Assembly: GCA_023250255.1 (NCBI GenBank) | Contig: JAHFBB010000001.1 | Span: forward strand, 1 to 24,318 | Length of the DNA: 24,318 bases | Direction: 5' to 3' | From: Chloroflexota bacterium | GTDB taxonomy: Bacteria > Chloroflexota > Limnocylindria > QHBO01 | Shown: piece by piece, positions 1 to 8,461 of the stretch | Layout of the letters: the number at the start of each line of letters is the position of its first letter | Position numbering within the stretch: the first letter of the stretch is position 1 | Notes under the pieces: model-generated | What the model was told of the DNA's origin: nothing | Seen by the model: only the letters and a program-made list of their open reading frames with translations | Database searches by the model: none | Translations under genes and position numbers: made by a program

Positions 1-2
1 GC

Positions 3-647
3 GGCGAGATGCGCCAGTACTACCGCGGCAACCTGTTCACCAATACTCCCGACATCCTGCCCCGTTACCTGCGCCATGGGCAGCCGACCTTCGAGGCGCG
101 TGTCGTGCTGGCCGCGACCTTGTCGGGTCTGTATGGGATCTATTCGGGATACGAATCGCTCGACAACCGACGCATCGGGCGGGGCGAGGACTATCGGGAT
201 TCGGAGAAGTACGAGGTCCGCGTTCGGAACTGGACGGCTGAGCCGAACCTCATCGGGCTTATCACGGCGCTCAATCGCCTCCGGCGAGAGCATCCCGCCC
301 TCCAGCGCAGTGACACGCTGCGCTTCGAAGCCGCCGATGGGGCGAGGACCCTGTTCTACCGCAAGGCGCTGCCCGCCGGTGGCGGGGATCCGCTGGGTCC
401 CGAGCCGGCTCGCTGGGAACAGGCGGTCTGGATCGCGGTGAACACCGAGCCCACCGCTGAGGAACGGGCGGTTCTCCGGCCGGATTGGACCGCAGTCGGG
501 CTGGATCCAGCCCGCCCGTATCGGGTTACCGACCTGATCAGCGGCCGATCGCGCCTTCGCCGAGGGCGCACCATCCCGGTTGCCCTCGGACCGAAGCGGG
601 CGTTCGCCATCTTCACCCTCGCCCAGGATCTGGCCATGAAGCCATGA
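3..647 (+). CDS. glgE: Alpha-1,4-glucan:maltose-1-phosphate maltosyltransferase, C-terminal part (gene starts before the window)
   Basis: The frame is open to the window edge. Motifs 'YFRPN-like NLFTNTPDILP', 'LAATLSGLYGIYSGYE' and 'DSEKYEVR..W' are characteristic of the GlgE C-terminal half. Confidence 0.9.
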   Translation, partial: GEMRQYYRGNLFTNTPDILPRYLRHGQPTFEARVVLAATLSGLYGIYSGYESLDNRRIGRGEDYRDSEKYEVRVRNWTAEPNLIGLITALNRLRREHPALQRSDTLRFEAADGARTLFYRKALPAGGGDPLGPEPARWEQAVWIAVNTEPTAEERAVLRPDWTAVGLDPARPYRVTDLISGRSRLRRGRTIPVALGPKRAFAIFTLAQDLAMKP

Positions 648-1402
648 CCGCGGCCGCCACCTATCTTGGCCATGCCACGGTTCTGATCGAGATGGCCGGT
701 ATGCGCATCCTGACTGATCCGATCCTGGTCAACCGGCTTGCCTTTCTCACCCGGGTGGCCGCGCCACCGGCCGCGGCGGATTCCCGGGACATCAGCCTCG
801 TGCTCATCAGCCACCTGCACCTGGATCACCTCGAACGTCGGTCCCTGGCCCGGGTGGGAACGGAGGTGCCGGTGGTCATCGGTCGTGGCGGTGGCGATCT
901 GGTTCGTCGATGGGGCTGGACCGACGTGACCGAGGTCGTCCCCGGGGATCGGCTGCAGATCGGCGAACTGGCGCTGACCGCGACGCCCGCTGATCACGCC
1001 CACGAGCGCTCGGCATTGGGCCCGCGCGGCACGGCGGTCGGCTTTGTGCTCGAGACCGATACCGAACGCGCCTACTTTGCCGGCGACACCGACCTGTTCC
1101 CCGAGATGGCGACGCTCGCGGTCGACGGATTCGATCTGGCGCTGCTGCCGATCGCCGGCTGGGGCCCGCGACTCGGTCCCGGCCACCTCAATCCCACCCG
1201 CGCGGTCGAGGCGGCCGGCGTGCTGGGCGCCCGAATGGTCGTGCCCATTCACTGGGGCACACTGTGGCCAGCCGGTATGGCCGTGGTCTCCCGGCAACGG
1301 CTGGTCGCTCCGGCGGAGGAATTTGCCCGCCAGATGGCCGAGCATCAGCCCACCGTGCGGGCCATCATCGCGCAGCCGGGCGAGCGGATACCCTTCGCCT
1401 GA
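644..1402 (+). CDS. MBL-fold metallo-hydrolase (beta-lactamase superfamily, UlaG/RomA-like)
   Basis: ATG at 644 overlaps the glgE stop (ATGA). Motifs: TYLGHATVLIE, ILTDP, HLHLDH (HxHxDH), YFAGDT, PIHWGT. The ORF-track start at 485 is an upstream extension inside glgE. Confidence 0.88.
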   Translation: MTAAATYLGHATVLIEMAGMRILTDPILVNRLAFLTRVAAPPAAADSRDISLVLISHLHLDHLERRSLARVGTEVPVVIGRGGGDLVRRWGWTDVTEVVPGDRLQIGELALTATPADHAHERSALGPRGTAVGFVLETDTERAYFAGDTDLFPEMATLAVDGFDLALLPIAGWGPRLGPGHLNPTRAVEAAGVLGARMVVPIHWGTLWPAGMAVVSRQRLVAPAEEFARQMAEHQPTVRAIIAQPGERIPFA

Positions 1403-2457
1403 TGGGGCTGTTCGACGGGATCCTGGGAATCTTCAGCCACGATCTGGGCATCGACCTTGGCACGGCGAACACGCTGGTCACGGTGCGCAACCGGGGGATC
1501 GTGATCAGCGAGCCATCGGTCGTGGCCATCGATGCCCGGACCAAACGGGTGCTTGCGATCGGCGCCGAAGCCAAGCGAATGGTCGGTCGAACACCGGCCA
1601 ACATCATCGCCATCCGTCCCCTGCGGGACGGGGTCATCAGCGATTTCGACGTGACCGAGCAGATGATTCGCTACTTCATCCGCAAGGTCCACGATCAATA
1701 TTTCCGGATTCCGCGGCCCAGGGTGCTGGTGGGAATCCCCTCTGGCGTGACCGAGGTCGAGAAACGGGCGGTGCGCGACGCCACCATGAATGCCCAGGCG
1801 CGCTGGGCTCGACTGATCGAGGAGCCGCTGGCGGCGGCGATCGGTGCCGGACTGCCGGTGAGTGAGCCGTCGGGCTCGATGATCGTGGACATCGGCGGGG
1901 GCACCACCGAGGTGGCGGTCATCTCGCTCGGCGGGATCGTGGTCTCGCGCAGTATCCGGATTGGTGGCGACGAAATGGACACCGACATCGTCAACTTCGC
2001 GCGACGCGAGTACAACCTGCTGATGGGCGAACGGACGGCGGAGGAGATCAAGATCGCGGTCGGATCGGCGTACCCCGGGGCCAACCAGCGAACGGTGACG
2101 TTCCGTGGTCGGGACCTGCTCACCGGACTGCCGCGTAGCGTGGAGGTCGGCAGCGAGCAGATCCGCGAGGCGCTCGAGCCATCGGTCGCGGCGATCGTCG
2201 TCGCCATCAAGGACACCCTCGAGGAGACGCCTCCGGAGCTCGTTGCGGACATCATGGACCAGGGGATCGTCCTGGCCGGTGGCGGAGCCCTGCTGGCCGG
2301 ACTCGACCGGCGAGTGGCCGAGATCACCCAGATGCCGGTCCATGTCGCCGATGACCCGCTGACCTGTGTCGTCCGTGGCTGCGGCAAGGTGCTCGAGGAG
2401 CTCGACACCCTCGAGCGGGTACTCGTTACCGAACAATTCAGCCGCGCCCCACGTTGA
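1402..2457 (+). CDS. mreB: Rod shape-determining actin homologue MreB
   Basis: ATG at 1402 overlaps the upstream TGA. Motifs: DLGIDLGTANT, EPSVVA, PLRDGVI, IVDIGGGTTEVA, GIVLAGGGALL. Short N-terminal amphipathic segment MGLFDGILGIFS. Confidence 0.97.
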   Translation: MGLFDGILGIFSHDLGIDLGTANTLVTVRNRGIVISEPSVVAIDARTKRVLAIGAEAKRMVGRTPANIIAIRPLRDGVISDFDVTEQMIRYFIRKVHDQYFRIPRPRVLVGIPSGVTEVEKRAVRDATMNAQARWARLIEEPLAAAIGAGLPVSEPSGSMIVDIGGGTTEVAVISLGGIVVSRSIRIGGDEMDTDIVNFARREYNLLMGERTAEEIKIAVGSAYPGANQRTVTFRGRDLLTGLPRSVEVGSEQIREALEPSVAAIVVAIKDTLEETPPELVADIMDQGIVLAGGGALLAGLDRRVAEITQMPVHVADDPLTCVVRGCGKVLEELDTLERVLVTEQFSRAPR

Positions 2458-3287
2458 CCCGCCGCACAGCCCCCTGGGGCTATCTCACAGCAGCAGCTCT
2501 GTCGCTGGGTCTACTGATGATCTCGGGCTGGTCGGTCGTGACCGATGCGCAGGCCGCCGGCGCGCGCCTGATTGCGCCGCTGCAGGAGGCGGTCCACCAG
2601 GCCAGCCTGGCGGTGACCGGGGCCCTCGAGACCGTCGGCGACATCGGCCAGTTGCGACAGGACAACGATGCGCTGCGCAACGAACTCGTGGGTGCCCAAG
2701 CTCGCATTGCGGCCCTTCGGCAGGTGGAGACGGAGAACGCCGCCCTCCGTGAATTGCTCGCCATTCGTGCAGCCCTGCCCATGGACCTGGTCGCCGCCCG
2801 CGTTGTGGCCGGCGATCCCGGGCTCGTGTCGTGGGAATTCGGCATTGCCGCGGGGACCCAGGATGGGGTGCGAGTCGGCATGCCGGTGGTCGCGTCGGCA
2901 CATGGGCCCGCTGCGCTGGTGGGAACCGTTGTCAGCGCCGACCGGCAGCGTGCCCGCATTCGCCTGTTCGTGGATCCACGCGCGCGAATCGTCGGGACCG
3001 ACCTCGAGACCGGGGCACTGGGCCTGGTCGCGGGCCAACCGGGGGGCCAGTTGGTCATGACCGATGTCGAACTGACCGATCCTGTCGCCGTTGGCGACAC
3101 CATCGTGTCGGCCGGCCAGGTCCTTGATTCGGCGGCCAGCGCCTATCCGCGCGGCGTCCTGATCGGTACGGTGACCGCTGTCGAACCCGATTCGAACGGC
3201 CTGACGCAGACGATCTTCGTCCGACCGGCGGTCGATCCGCGGCAGATTTCGTGGGTGCTGGTGGTCACCGGCTTCGCGGTCGACTGA
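2454..3287 (+). CDS. mreC: Rod shape-determining protein MreC
   Basis: TTG start overlaps the mreB stop. N-terminal TM helix, coiled coil ([12 protein letters not shown]...ENAALRELL), 'G..DGV..GMPVV', 'GDTIVSAG', '[10 protein letters not shown]', 'VRPAVD'. Confidence 0.92.
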   Translation: MTRRTAPWGYLTAAALSLGLLMISGWSVVTDAQAAGARLIAPLQEAVHQASLAVTGALETVGDIGQLRQDNDALRNELVGAQARIAALRQVETENAALRELLAIRAALPMDLVAARVVAGDPGLVSWEFGIAAGTQDGVRVGMPVVASAHGPAALVGTVVSADRQRARIRLFVDPRARIVGTDLETGALGLVAGQPGGQLVMTDVELTDPVAVGDTIVSAGQVLDSAASAYPRGVLIGTVTAVEPDSNGLTQTIFVRPAVDPRQISWVLVVTGFAVD

Positions 3288-3305
3288 CCGATCCCGCTGC
3301 CGCAC

Positions 3306-3311
3306 TAGAAT
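3306..3311 (+). promoter_or_regulatory. Putative -10 element TAGAAT, 7 nt before the rph ATG (leaderless-type)
   Basis: TAGAAT-cgggcgc-ATG with no Shine-Dalgarno between the element and the start. Confidence 0.7.
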
Positions 3312-3318
3312 CGGGCGC

Positions 3319-4053
3319 ATGACAACCATTGCTCCCAGCCGTCGGGCTGACGGCCGCCAGCCGAACCAGCTGCGCCCCATCAAGCTCGTGCCCGACTACC
3401 AGAAGTTCGCCGAAGGATCGGTGCTCATTCGCGTCGGCGATACCCGTGTGCTGTGTGCCGCGACCATCGAGGACCGTGTTCCCGGCTTCCTGCGGGGCAA
3501 GGGCACGGGCTGGGTGACCGCCGAGTACGGCATGCTGCCGCGGGCCGGCACCGAGCGCAGCCAGCGCGAGGCGAGCGCCGGCCGGGTGGGCGGGCGCACG
3601 CACGAGATCCAGCGGCTCATCGGTCGGTCGCTCCGCTCGGTCATCGACCTTGGCAAACTCGGCGAGCGAACCATCACCCTCGATTGCGACGTCCTGCAGG
3701 CCGATGGCGGAACTCGGACCGCTTCAATCACCGGCGCCTGGGTCGCCCTGGCCCGCGCGCTGAACAAGTACGGCATGGGCCACCTGGTGGTCGGCCAGGT
3801 CGCGGCGGTCAGTGTCGGGATCTCGTCGGGCGCGCTGCTGCTCGATCTCGACTATTCCGAGGATTCCACCGCCGACGTTGACTTCAACGTGGTCATGACC
3901 GACGACGCGCGGTTCGTCGAGGTCCAGGGCACCGCGGAGCATCGCGCGTTCAGCCGGGAACAGATGGATGGCATGCTCGAACTGGCCGCCGCGGGCATAC
4001 GCCAATTGCACGAGGTTCAGCGCGCGGCGCTCGAGGCCCCGGCCGGGGAGTGA
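3319..4053 (+). CDS. rph: Ribonuclease PH
   Basis: [73 protein letters not shown]. Confidence 0.97.
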   Translation: MTTIAPSRRADGRQPNQLRPIKLVPDYQKFAEGSVLIRVGDTRVLCAATIEDRVPGFLRGKGTGWVTAEYGMLPRAGTERSQREASAGRVGGRTHEIQRLIGRSLRSVIDLGKLGERTITLDCDVLQADGGTRTASITGAWVALARALNKYGMGHLVVGQVAAVSVGISSGALLLDLDYSEDSTADVDFNVVMTDDARFVEVQGTAEHRAFSREQMDGMLELAAAGIRQLHEVQRAALEAPAGE

Positions 4054-4637
4054 CCGACCTGCTGGTGGCGACCAACAATCCGGGCAAGATCGGGGAGTTC
4101 CGTCGGCTGCTGGCCCACCTGCCCGCCCGGGTGATCGGCCCGGTCGACATCGGCCTGGTACTCGAGGTCCCGGAGCCGCACTTCACGTACGCAGAAAACG
4201 CGACGGACAAAGCGCGGGCATTTTGCGCGGCGAGCGGTCTGCTGACCGTGGCGGACGATTCGGGGATCGAGGTCGCCGCGCTCGATAACGGACCCGGAGT
4301 CCGGAGCGCGCGGTACGGAGGTGCCGAGGGTGGTGCCGCGTACGTGCTCAGCCAGCTGCCCGCTGGCGCGGATCGCAGCGCACAGATGGTCTGCTGGCTG
4401 GCCGTAGCCGTCCCGCCAGCCAGCGAGCCTCGGGTGGCGTTGTTCAGTGGAACGGTTGCCGGACGGGTGGCATCCGAGCCGAGGGGGACGGGCGGGTTCG
4501 GCTACGACCCGATCTTCGAAATGCCCGACGGGCGTACCACCGCCGAACTCGACGAGGCAGACAAGGACCGTGTTTCGCACCGGGGTCGGGCGGTCCAGGC
4601 GGCGTCCCCGTTCCTCCTCCGGATGCTGACCGGCTGA
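4050..4637 (+). CDS. rdgB: Non-canonical purine NTP pyrophosphatase (RdgB/HAM1)
   Basis: GTG overlaps the rph stop. Motifs: [40 protein letters not shown]. The rph-rdgB pairing is classic. Confidence 0.95.
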   Translation: MTDLLVATNNPGKIGEFRRLLAHLPARVIGPVDIGLVLEVPEPHFTYAENATDKARAFCAASGLLTVADDSGIEVAALDNGPGVRSARYGGAEGGAAYVLSQLPAGADRSAQMVCWLAVAVPPASEPRVALFSGTVAGRVASEPRGTGGFGYDPIFEMPDGRTTAELDEADKDRVSHRGRAVQAASPFLLRMLTG

Positions 4638-5416
4638 TGTCCGACGCTTCTGCTCTGCCGCGGCCTGTCGGGCTGGCCGCGGGGCGTGATGTCTGGGTCG
4701 TGGTCCCGACATACAACGAGCGCGAGAACCTCGAGCGGTTGGTGACGGCGGTACTCGAGTCGCTGCCCGACGGCCGGATCCTCATCGTGGACGACGCGTC
4801 ACCCGACGGAACCGGCGAGTTGGCCGATGAGCTGGCGGCCCGGCAGGACCGGATGGCGGTGCTTCACCGAGCCGGCAAGGAGGGCCTGGGGGTTGCGTAT
4901 CGCGCAGGCTTCCGCTGGGCACTCGACCAGGCGGGGACGGCCGCGGTCGTGCAGATGGATGCTGATTTCAGCCACGATCCGGCCGATCTGTCCCGCCTGT
5001 TGGCTCCGCTCATGACAGATACCGATCTTGTTCTTGGCAGCCGCTACGTCCCCGGCGGGGGGACCGTTGGCTGGCCGCTCCGTCGCCGCCTGATCAGCAA
5101 GGGTGGGACTGCATTCGCCCGCCTTATCCTGTGGCTGCCGTTTCGCGATCTGACCGGCGGGTTCAAGGCGTGGCGAGCGGAGCTGCTGGGCAACCTTCGT
5201 CTCCGCGAATCGGCGGCTTCGGGGTATGGCTTCCAGATCGAGACCACCTGGTGGGCATACCGTCGGCGAGCGGTGATTCGCGAAGTGCCCATCGTGTTCC
5301 GCGAGCGCGAGGTCGGGATCTCGAAGATGGGTGGCGGGATCATCGCCGAGGCCTTCGTACTCGTGTTCCGCCTTCGATGGCAGGCCATTGTCAACCGGCG
5401 GCGAGGCGGTCGGTAG
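4637..5416 (+). CDS. Polyprenol-monophosphomannose synthase (GT2, Ppm1/DPM1-like)
   Basis: VVVPTYNERENL, VDDASPDGTG, GLGVAYRAGF, QMDADFSHDP, DLVLGSRYVPGG, DLTGGFKAW, GYGFQIE, EVPIVFRER..G.SKM. Confidence 0.9.
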   Translation: MSDASALPRPVGLAAGRDVWVVVPTYNERENLERLVTAVLESLPDGRILIVDDASPDGTGELADELAARQDRMAVLHRAGKEGLGVAYRAGFRWALDQAGTAAVVQMDADFSHDPADLSRLLAPLMTDTDLVLGSRYVPGGGTVGWPLRRRLISKGGTAFARLILWLPFRDLTGGFKAWRAELLGNLRLRESAASGYGFQIETTWWAYRRRAVIREVPIVFREREVGISKMGGGIIAEAFVLVFRLRWQAIVNRRRGGR

Positions 5417-5436
5417 CAGATAGGCGATGCATCGGG

Positions 5437-5442
5437 TAGCAT
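5437..5442 (+). promoter_or_regulatory. Possible -10 element TAGCAT upstream of the foldase gene
   Basis: TANNNT hexamer in the intergenic gap about 55 nt before the ATG at 5496, which is preceded by the SD-like CAGGAG. Confidence 0.4.
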
Positions 5443-5495
5443 GCGGCCGCCCGCCCGACGCTTGACCCTGGTTCACGGTGCCCCACAGGAGACAG

Positions 5496-7220
5496 ATGTC
5501 CTACCGCAGCCGCCCCGTACTCGATCGCAAGCATCGGCCTCGCTGGCAAGACGAACTTCGCACCCAACGCATGCTGGTCGGTGGTTTTGCCGCGGCCATC
5601 GCGGTGGCCCTGGGCCTGTTCGGGATCGTGACCTGGAACCTGTATTACACGAACCACTTTCGGCAGGCAGCCGTGGTCGAGGGGGTCACCGTCAATCGGA
5701 ACGAGTTGTCTCGCCGAGCTTCGATCATCGGCTCCGAATTGCAGGCGACAGCCATCGACCTCAACGGTATCAGCGGCGGTGCTCGGGATCAGATCGTCCA
5801 GCAGCAGCTGCAAATCCTGTCCGAACAGTTCCAGGCCCTGACCCAGACCTCCACCAACTCGCTGGTCGATGGGATCTTCCTGACCGGCCAGGCGGACCAG
5901 TACGGGGTTACCGTGGCTCCCGAGGACCTCGACGCCGAAATCGCCGACCGCACCAACCTGGCCGCCCGGGTCAAGTTGTCGATGATTGCCATCAAGGCGG
6001 TGGCCGACGGCGCTGATGCCGGCACGACGCCGTCCGAACTCCAGTTCCAGGCCGCCAAGGACGAGGCGGACGCCCTGCTGGCTGCCCTGGAGGGAGGAGC
6101 CGACTTCGCCACCGCCGTCAGCGAGCACAGTGACGACCCGGCCACCAAGACAACCGACGGGCTGATTGGCTGGATCGAGGCAACCGACGGCCAATACGGC
6201 CTGTACTTCGAACCATCGGCCGATGCCGCCGCAGGCGATCTTGTCGGTCCGATCCTGACCGACACCGGCTATACCATCCTGCGCGTCGAGGATCGGACCG
6301 CCGCCGGTCCATTCACCCTGCTGCTGGATACCCTCCATGAGTCAGGCATCAGCGATGCGCAATACCGCGCCTACATTGCCGATGAACTCATGCGCAGGGC
6401 CTTCCGCACCTATTTCGCCGAGGACGTCATCGTCAGCCCGGCGCCGCAGCGGGAAATTGCCCAGATCGTGGTCGCCGCCGACCAGGGAGTACCGATTCCC
6501 AAGCAGCGGATTCGGCACCTGCTCGCCCAGCCCATCCCCGGTGGAGATGACCAGTCGGTTGCCACCGAGGAACAGTGGGCAGCGGCGCTGGCGAGGGCCG
6601 AGGCCTGGGTGACCGAGGTCAACGCCGACCCCGAGGGTGACTGGTTCGACCTCGCCAAGCAGAGCGATGACCCCGGATCGCGCAGCCGCGGCGGAGACCT
6701 CGGCTGGAGCGATCCGACCAGTTCGCCGTACGTTGCCGAATTTTCCGCGGCGGTGGCGACCCTGGGGGTCGGCGAGGTCAGCGAGCCGGTCAAGACCGCC
6801 TTCGGCTATCACGTCATCCAGATCACCGACCAGCGGACGACGGCGGCCGAGTTCGCCGATCGGCTGGTTGAGGAAGCGCGAGCCGATCCGGAGTCGTTCG
6901 GCGATATCGCCAAGGCCAACAGTGAGGACACCGGCTCGGCGTCGGATGGCGGCTATGTGGGCTGGGTCGCCCGGTACGAAGGGTCCCAGGAGCGCGAAGA
7001 TGCGGTTTTCGGCCTCGATGGCTATCTCGCCGTATCCGATCCGGTCGTCCAGGGAACCAACATCTACATCCTCCAGCTCCTCGACTGGGCCGAGCGCCGC
7101 GCGCTCGAGGAGAACCGGCTGAATACGATCCGCAACACCGGATTCTCCCGATGGCTCGACCAGATCAAGGCCGACTCGGTGATCTGGGTCGATCCGGCCT
7201 TCGTGGGCACGACTGGCTGA
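5496..7220 (+). CDS. Membrane-anchored peptidyl-prolyl isomerase/foldase (PrsA/SurA-like) with three parvulin (PpiC) units
   Basis: SD CAGGAG before ATG 5496. Basic N-terminus followed by one TM helix. Three 'F..(a/l)A...S.D..(S/T)...G.(L/I/V)GW' parvulin signatures. The second has RHLL and 'EPVKTAFGYHVI'. Confidence 0.88.
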   Translation: MSYRSRPVLDRKHRPRWQDELRTQRMLVGGFAAAIAVALGLFGIVTWNLYYTNHFRQAAVVEGVTVNRNELSRRASIIGSELQATAIDLNGISGGARDQIVQQQLQILSEQFQALTQTSTNSLVDGIFLTGQADQYGVTVAPEDLDAEIADRTNLAARVKLSMIAIKAVADGADAGTTPSELQFQAAKDEADALLAALEGGADFATAVSEHSDDPATKTTDGLIGWIEATDGQYGLYFEPSADAAAGDLVGPILTDTGYTILRVEDRTAAGPFTLLLDTLHESGISDAQYRAYIADELMRRAFRTYFAEDVIVSPAPQREIAQIVVAADQGVPIPKQRIRHLLAQPIPGGDDQSVATEEQWAAALARAEAWVTEVNADPEGDWFDLAKQSDDPGSRSRGGDLGWSDPTSSPYVAEFSAAVATLGVGEVSEPVKTAFGYHVIQITDQRTTAAEFADRLVEEARADPESFGDIAKANSEDTGSASDGGYVGWVARYEGSQEREDAVFGLDGYLAVSDPVVQGTNIYILQLLDWAERRALEENRLNTIRNTGFSRWLDQIKADSVIWVDPAFVGTTG

Positions 7221-7243
7221 GCGCAGGCGCGGTTGCCCGGCCG

Positions 7244-8341
7244 GTGCGCTCGATCGATGACCTTCTGACCCGGGCGGGCGTCGATCCGGCGGTCGGAATC
7301 CAACTCATCGCCGTGAATCGGTTGGTCGCGGCACCGGTGGATCCGGGCCTGCCGTTGGTCCTGATCCAATCCGCCCCTCCCGATCTCGCAGATCCCGTGT
7401 TGCCCGGGCGCCATGCCCATCGCGGACCGGCCGCCGTGCTGGCCGCGCTGTACCCGCCCAGCCACGGGCTCCGAAACCTTGCCGGAGGCTCGGATCTGAC
7501 CGTCGGCACCATCGACGATGACGCCCTGGCAGCCGCAGACTGGCTGCTGGAGGCGCTGCCGCTCGAGGACAACCTCGGTTCCCCGCACGGAATGGCAGCC
7601 ATCAGCGCTCGCCTGCGCGCACCCGACGACGGGTGTCCGTGGGACCTCCGCCAGGACCACCGATCGTTGCGCCGGTACCTCCTCGAGGAGGCCTACGAGA
7701 CCGTTGACGCCATCGAACGCGGGACGCCCGCTGACCTGGCCGAGGAGCTCGGCGACCTGTTCCTGCAGGTCATCCTCCATGCCCAGATGGCTGCCGAGGC
7801 CGGTGAGTTTGACCTGACCGATGTCTATCGCGGACTCGGGACCAAGATCGTCGGTCGGCACCCCCACGTGTTCGGTGATGTGACGGTCAGTGGCGTGGAC
7901 GAGGTGCTTGCCAATTGGGAGACCCTGAAGGTCGCCGAACGGACCGATGCGGGTCTGCCCCCTGGCTCGTTCGCCGATGTCGCGCGCGCCCTGCCGGCGC
8001 TGGCCGCCAGCCGGGAGATCCAGGAACGAGCGTCCGCGCTCGGCTGGGACTGGACCGCGGTCGAGGGCGTGTGGGACAAGGTTGCCGAGGAAATGACCGA
8101 ATTTCGCGAGGCGTATGGGCCGGAGGCCACACTCCACGAGATGGGCGACGTCCTGTTTGCCCTGGTCAACCTGGGCCGCTGGCTCGGCCTCGATCCCGAG
8201 GAGGCGCTCCGCGAGGCGAACCATCGCTGGGTCGCTCGCTACCGGGCCGTCGAGGCACTCGCCGCCGAACGCGGACTCCATTTGGCCGCGCTCGACGAGG
8301 ACGCTCGCGATGCGCTCTGGGACGAGGTGAAGCGACACTGA
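7244..8341 (+). CDS. mazG: MazG nucleoside-triphosphate pyrophosphohydrolase with a truncated YabN-like N-terminal region (start approximate)
   Basis: LRAPDDGCPWD, EEAYE..DAI, EELGDL..QVILHAQMA, KIVGRHPHVFG, a second MazG repeat 'KVAEE...E.GD.LFALVNLGR...DPEEALREAN'. The GTG at 7244 is the first plausible start after the foldase stop. Confidence 0.9.
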   Translation: MRSIDDLLTRAGVDPAVGIQLIAVNRLVAAPVDPGLPLVLIQSAPPDLADPVLPGRHAHRGPAAVLAALYPPSHGLRNLAGGSDLTVGTIDDDALAAADWLLEALPLEDNLGSPHGMAAISARLRAPDDGCPWDLRQDHRSLRRYLLEEAYETVDAIERGTPADLAEELGDLFLQVILHAQMAAEAGEFDLTDVYRGLGTKIVGRHPHVFGDVTVSGVDEVLANWETLKVAERTDAGLPPGSFADVARALPALAASREIQERASALGWDWTAVEGVWDKVAEEMTEFREAYGPEATLHEMGDVLFALVNLGRWLGLDPEEALREANHRWVARYRAVEALAAERGLHLAALDEDARDALWDEVKRH

Positions 8342-8359
8342 CCCTGGCCTGGCCGATGG

Positions 8360-8365
8360 TAGGAT
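8360..8365 (+). promoter_or_regulatory. Putative extended -10 (TG-n-TAGGAT) for tRNA-Pro
   Basis: TGGTAGGAT lies 11 nt before the mature tRNA 5' end, inside the inverted repeat 8351-8370. Confidence 0.5.
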
Positions 8366-8376
8366 CGGCCGACCGA

Positions 8377-8453
8377 CGGGGTGTAGCGCAGCCTGGTAGC
8401 GCACCTGCTTTGGGAGCAGGAGGTCGACGGTTCGAATCCGTCCACCCCGACCA
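8377..8453 (+). tRNA. tRNA-Pro (anticodon TGG), CCA encoded
   Basis: Cloverleaf: acceptor CGGGGTG/CACCCCG, D arm GCGC/GCGC, anticodon arm CCTGC-TTTGGGA-GCAGG, T arm GACGG-TTCGAAT-CCGTC, discriminator A, then CCA. Confidence 0.98.
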
Positions 8454-8461
8454 CCACCCCA

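Noticed and set aside
3319-4637. rph-rdgB coupling as a novel pairing
   Set aside because: A widely conserved, well-known gene pair.
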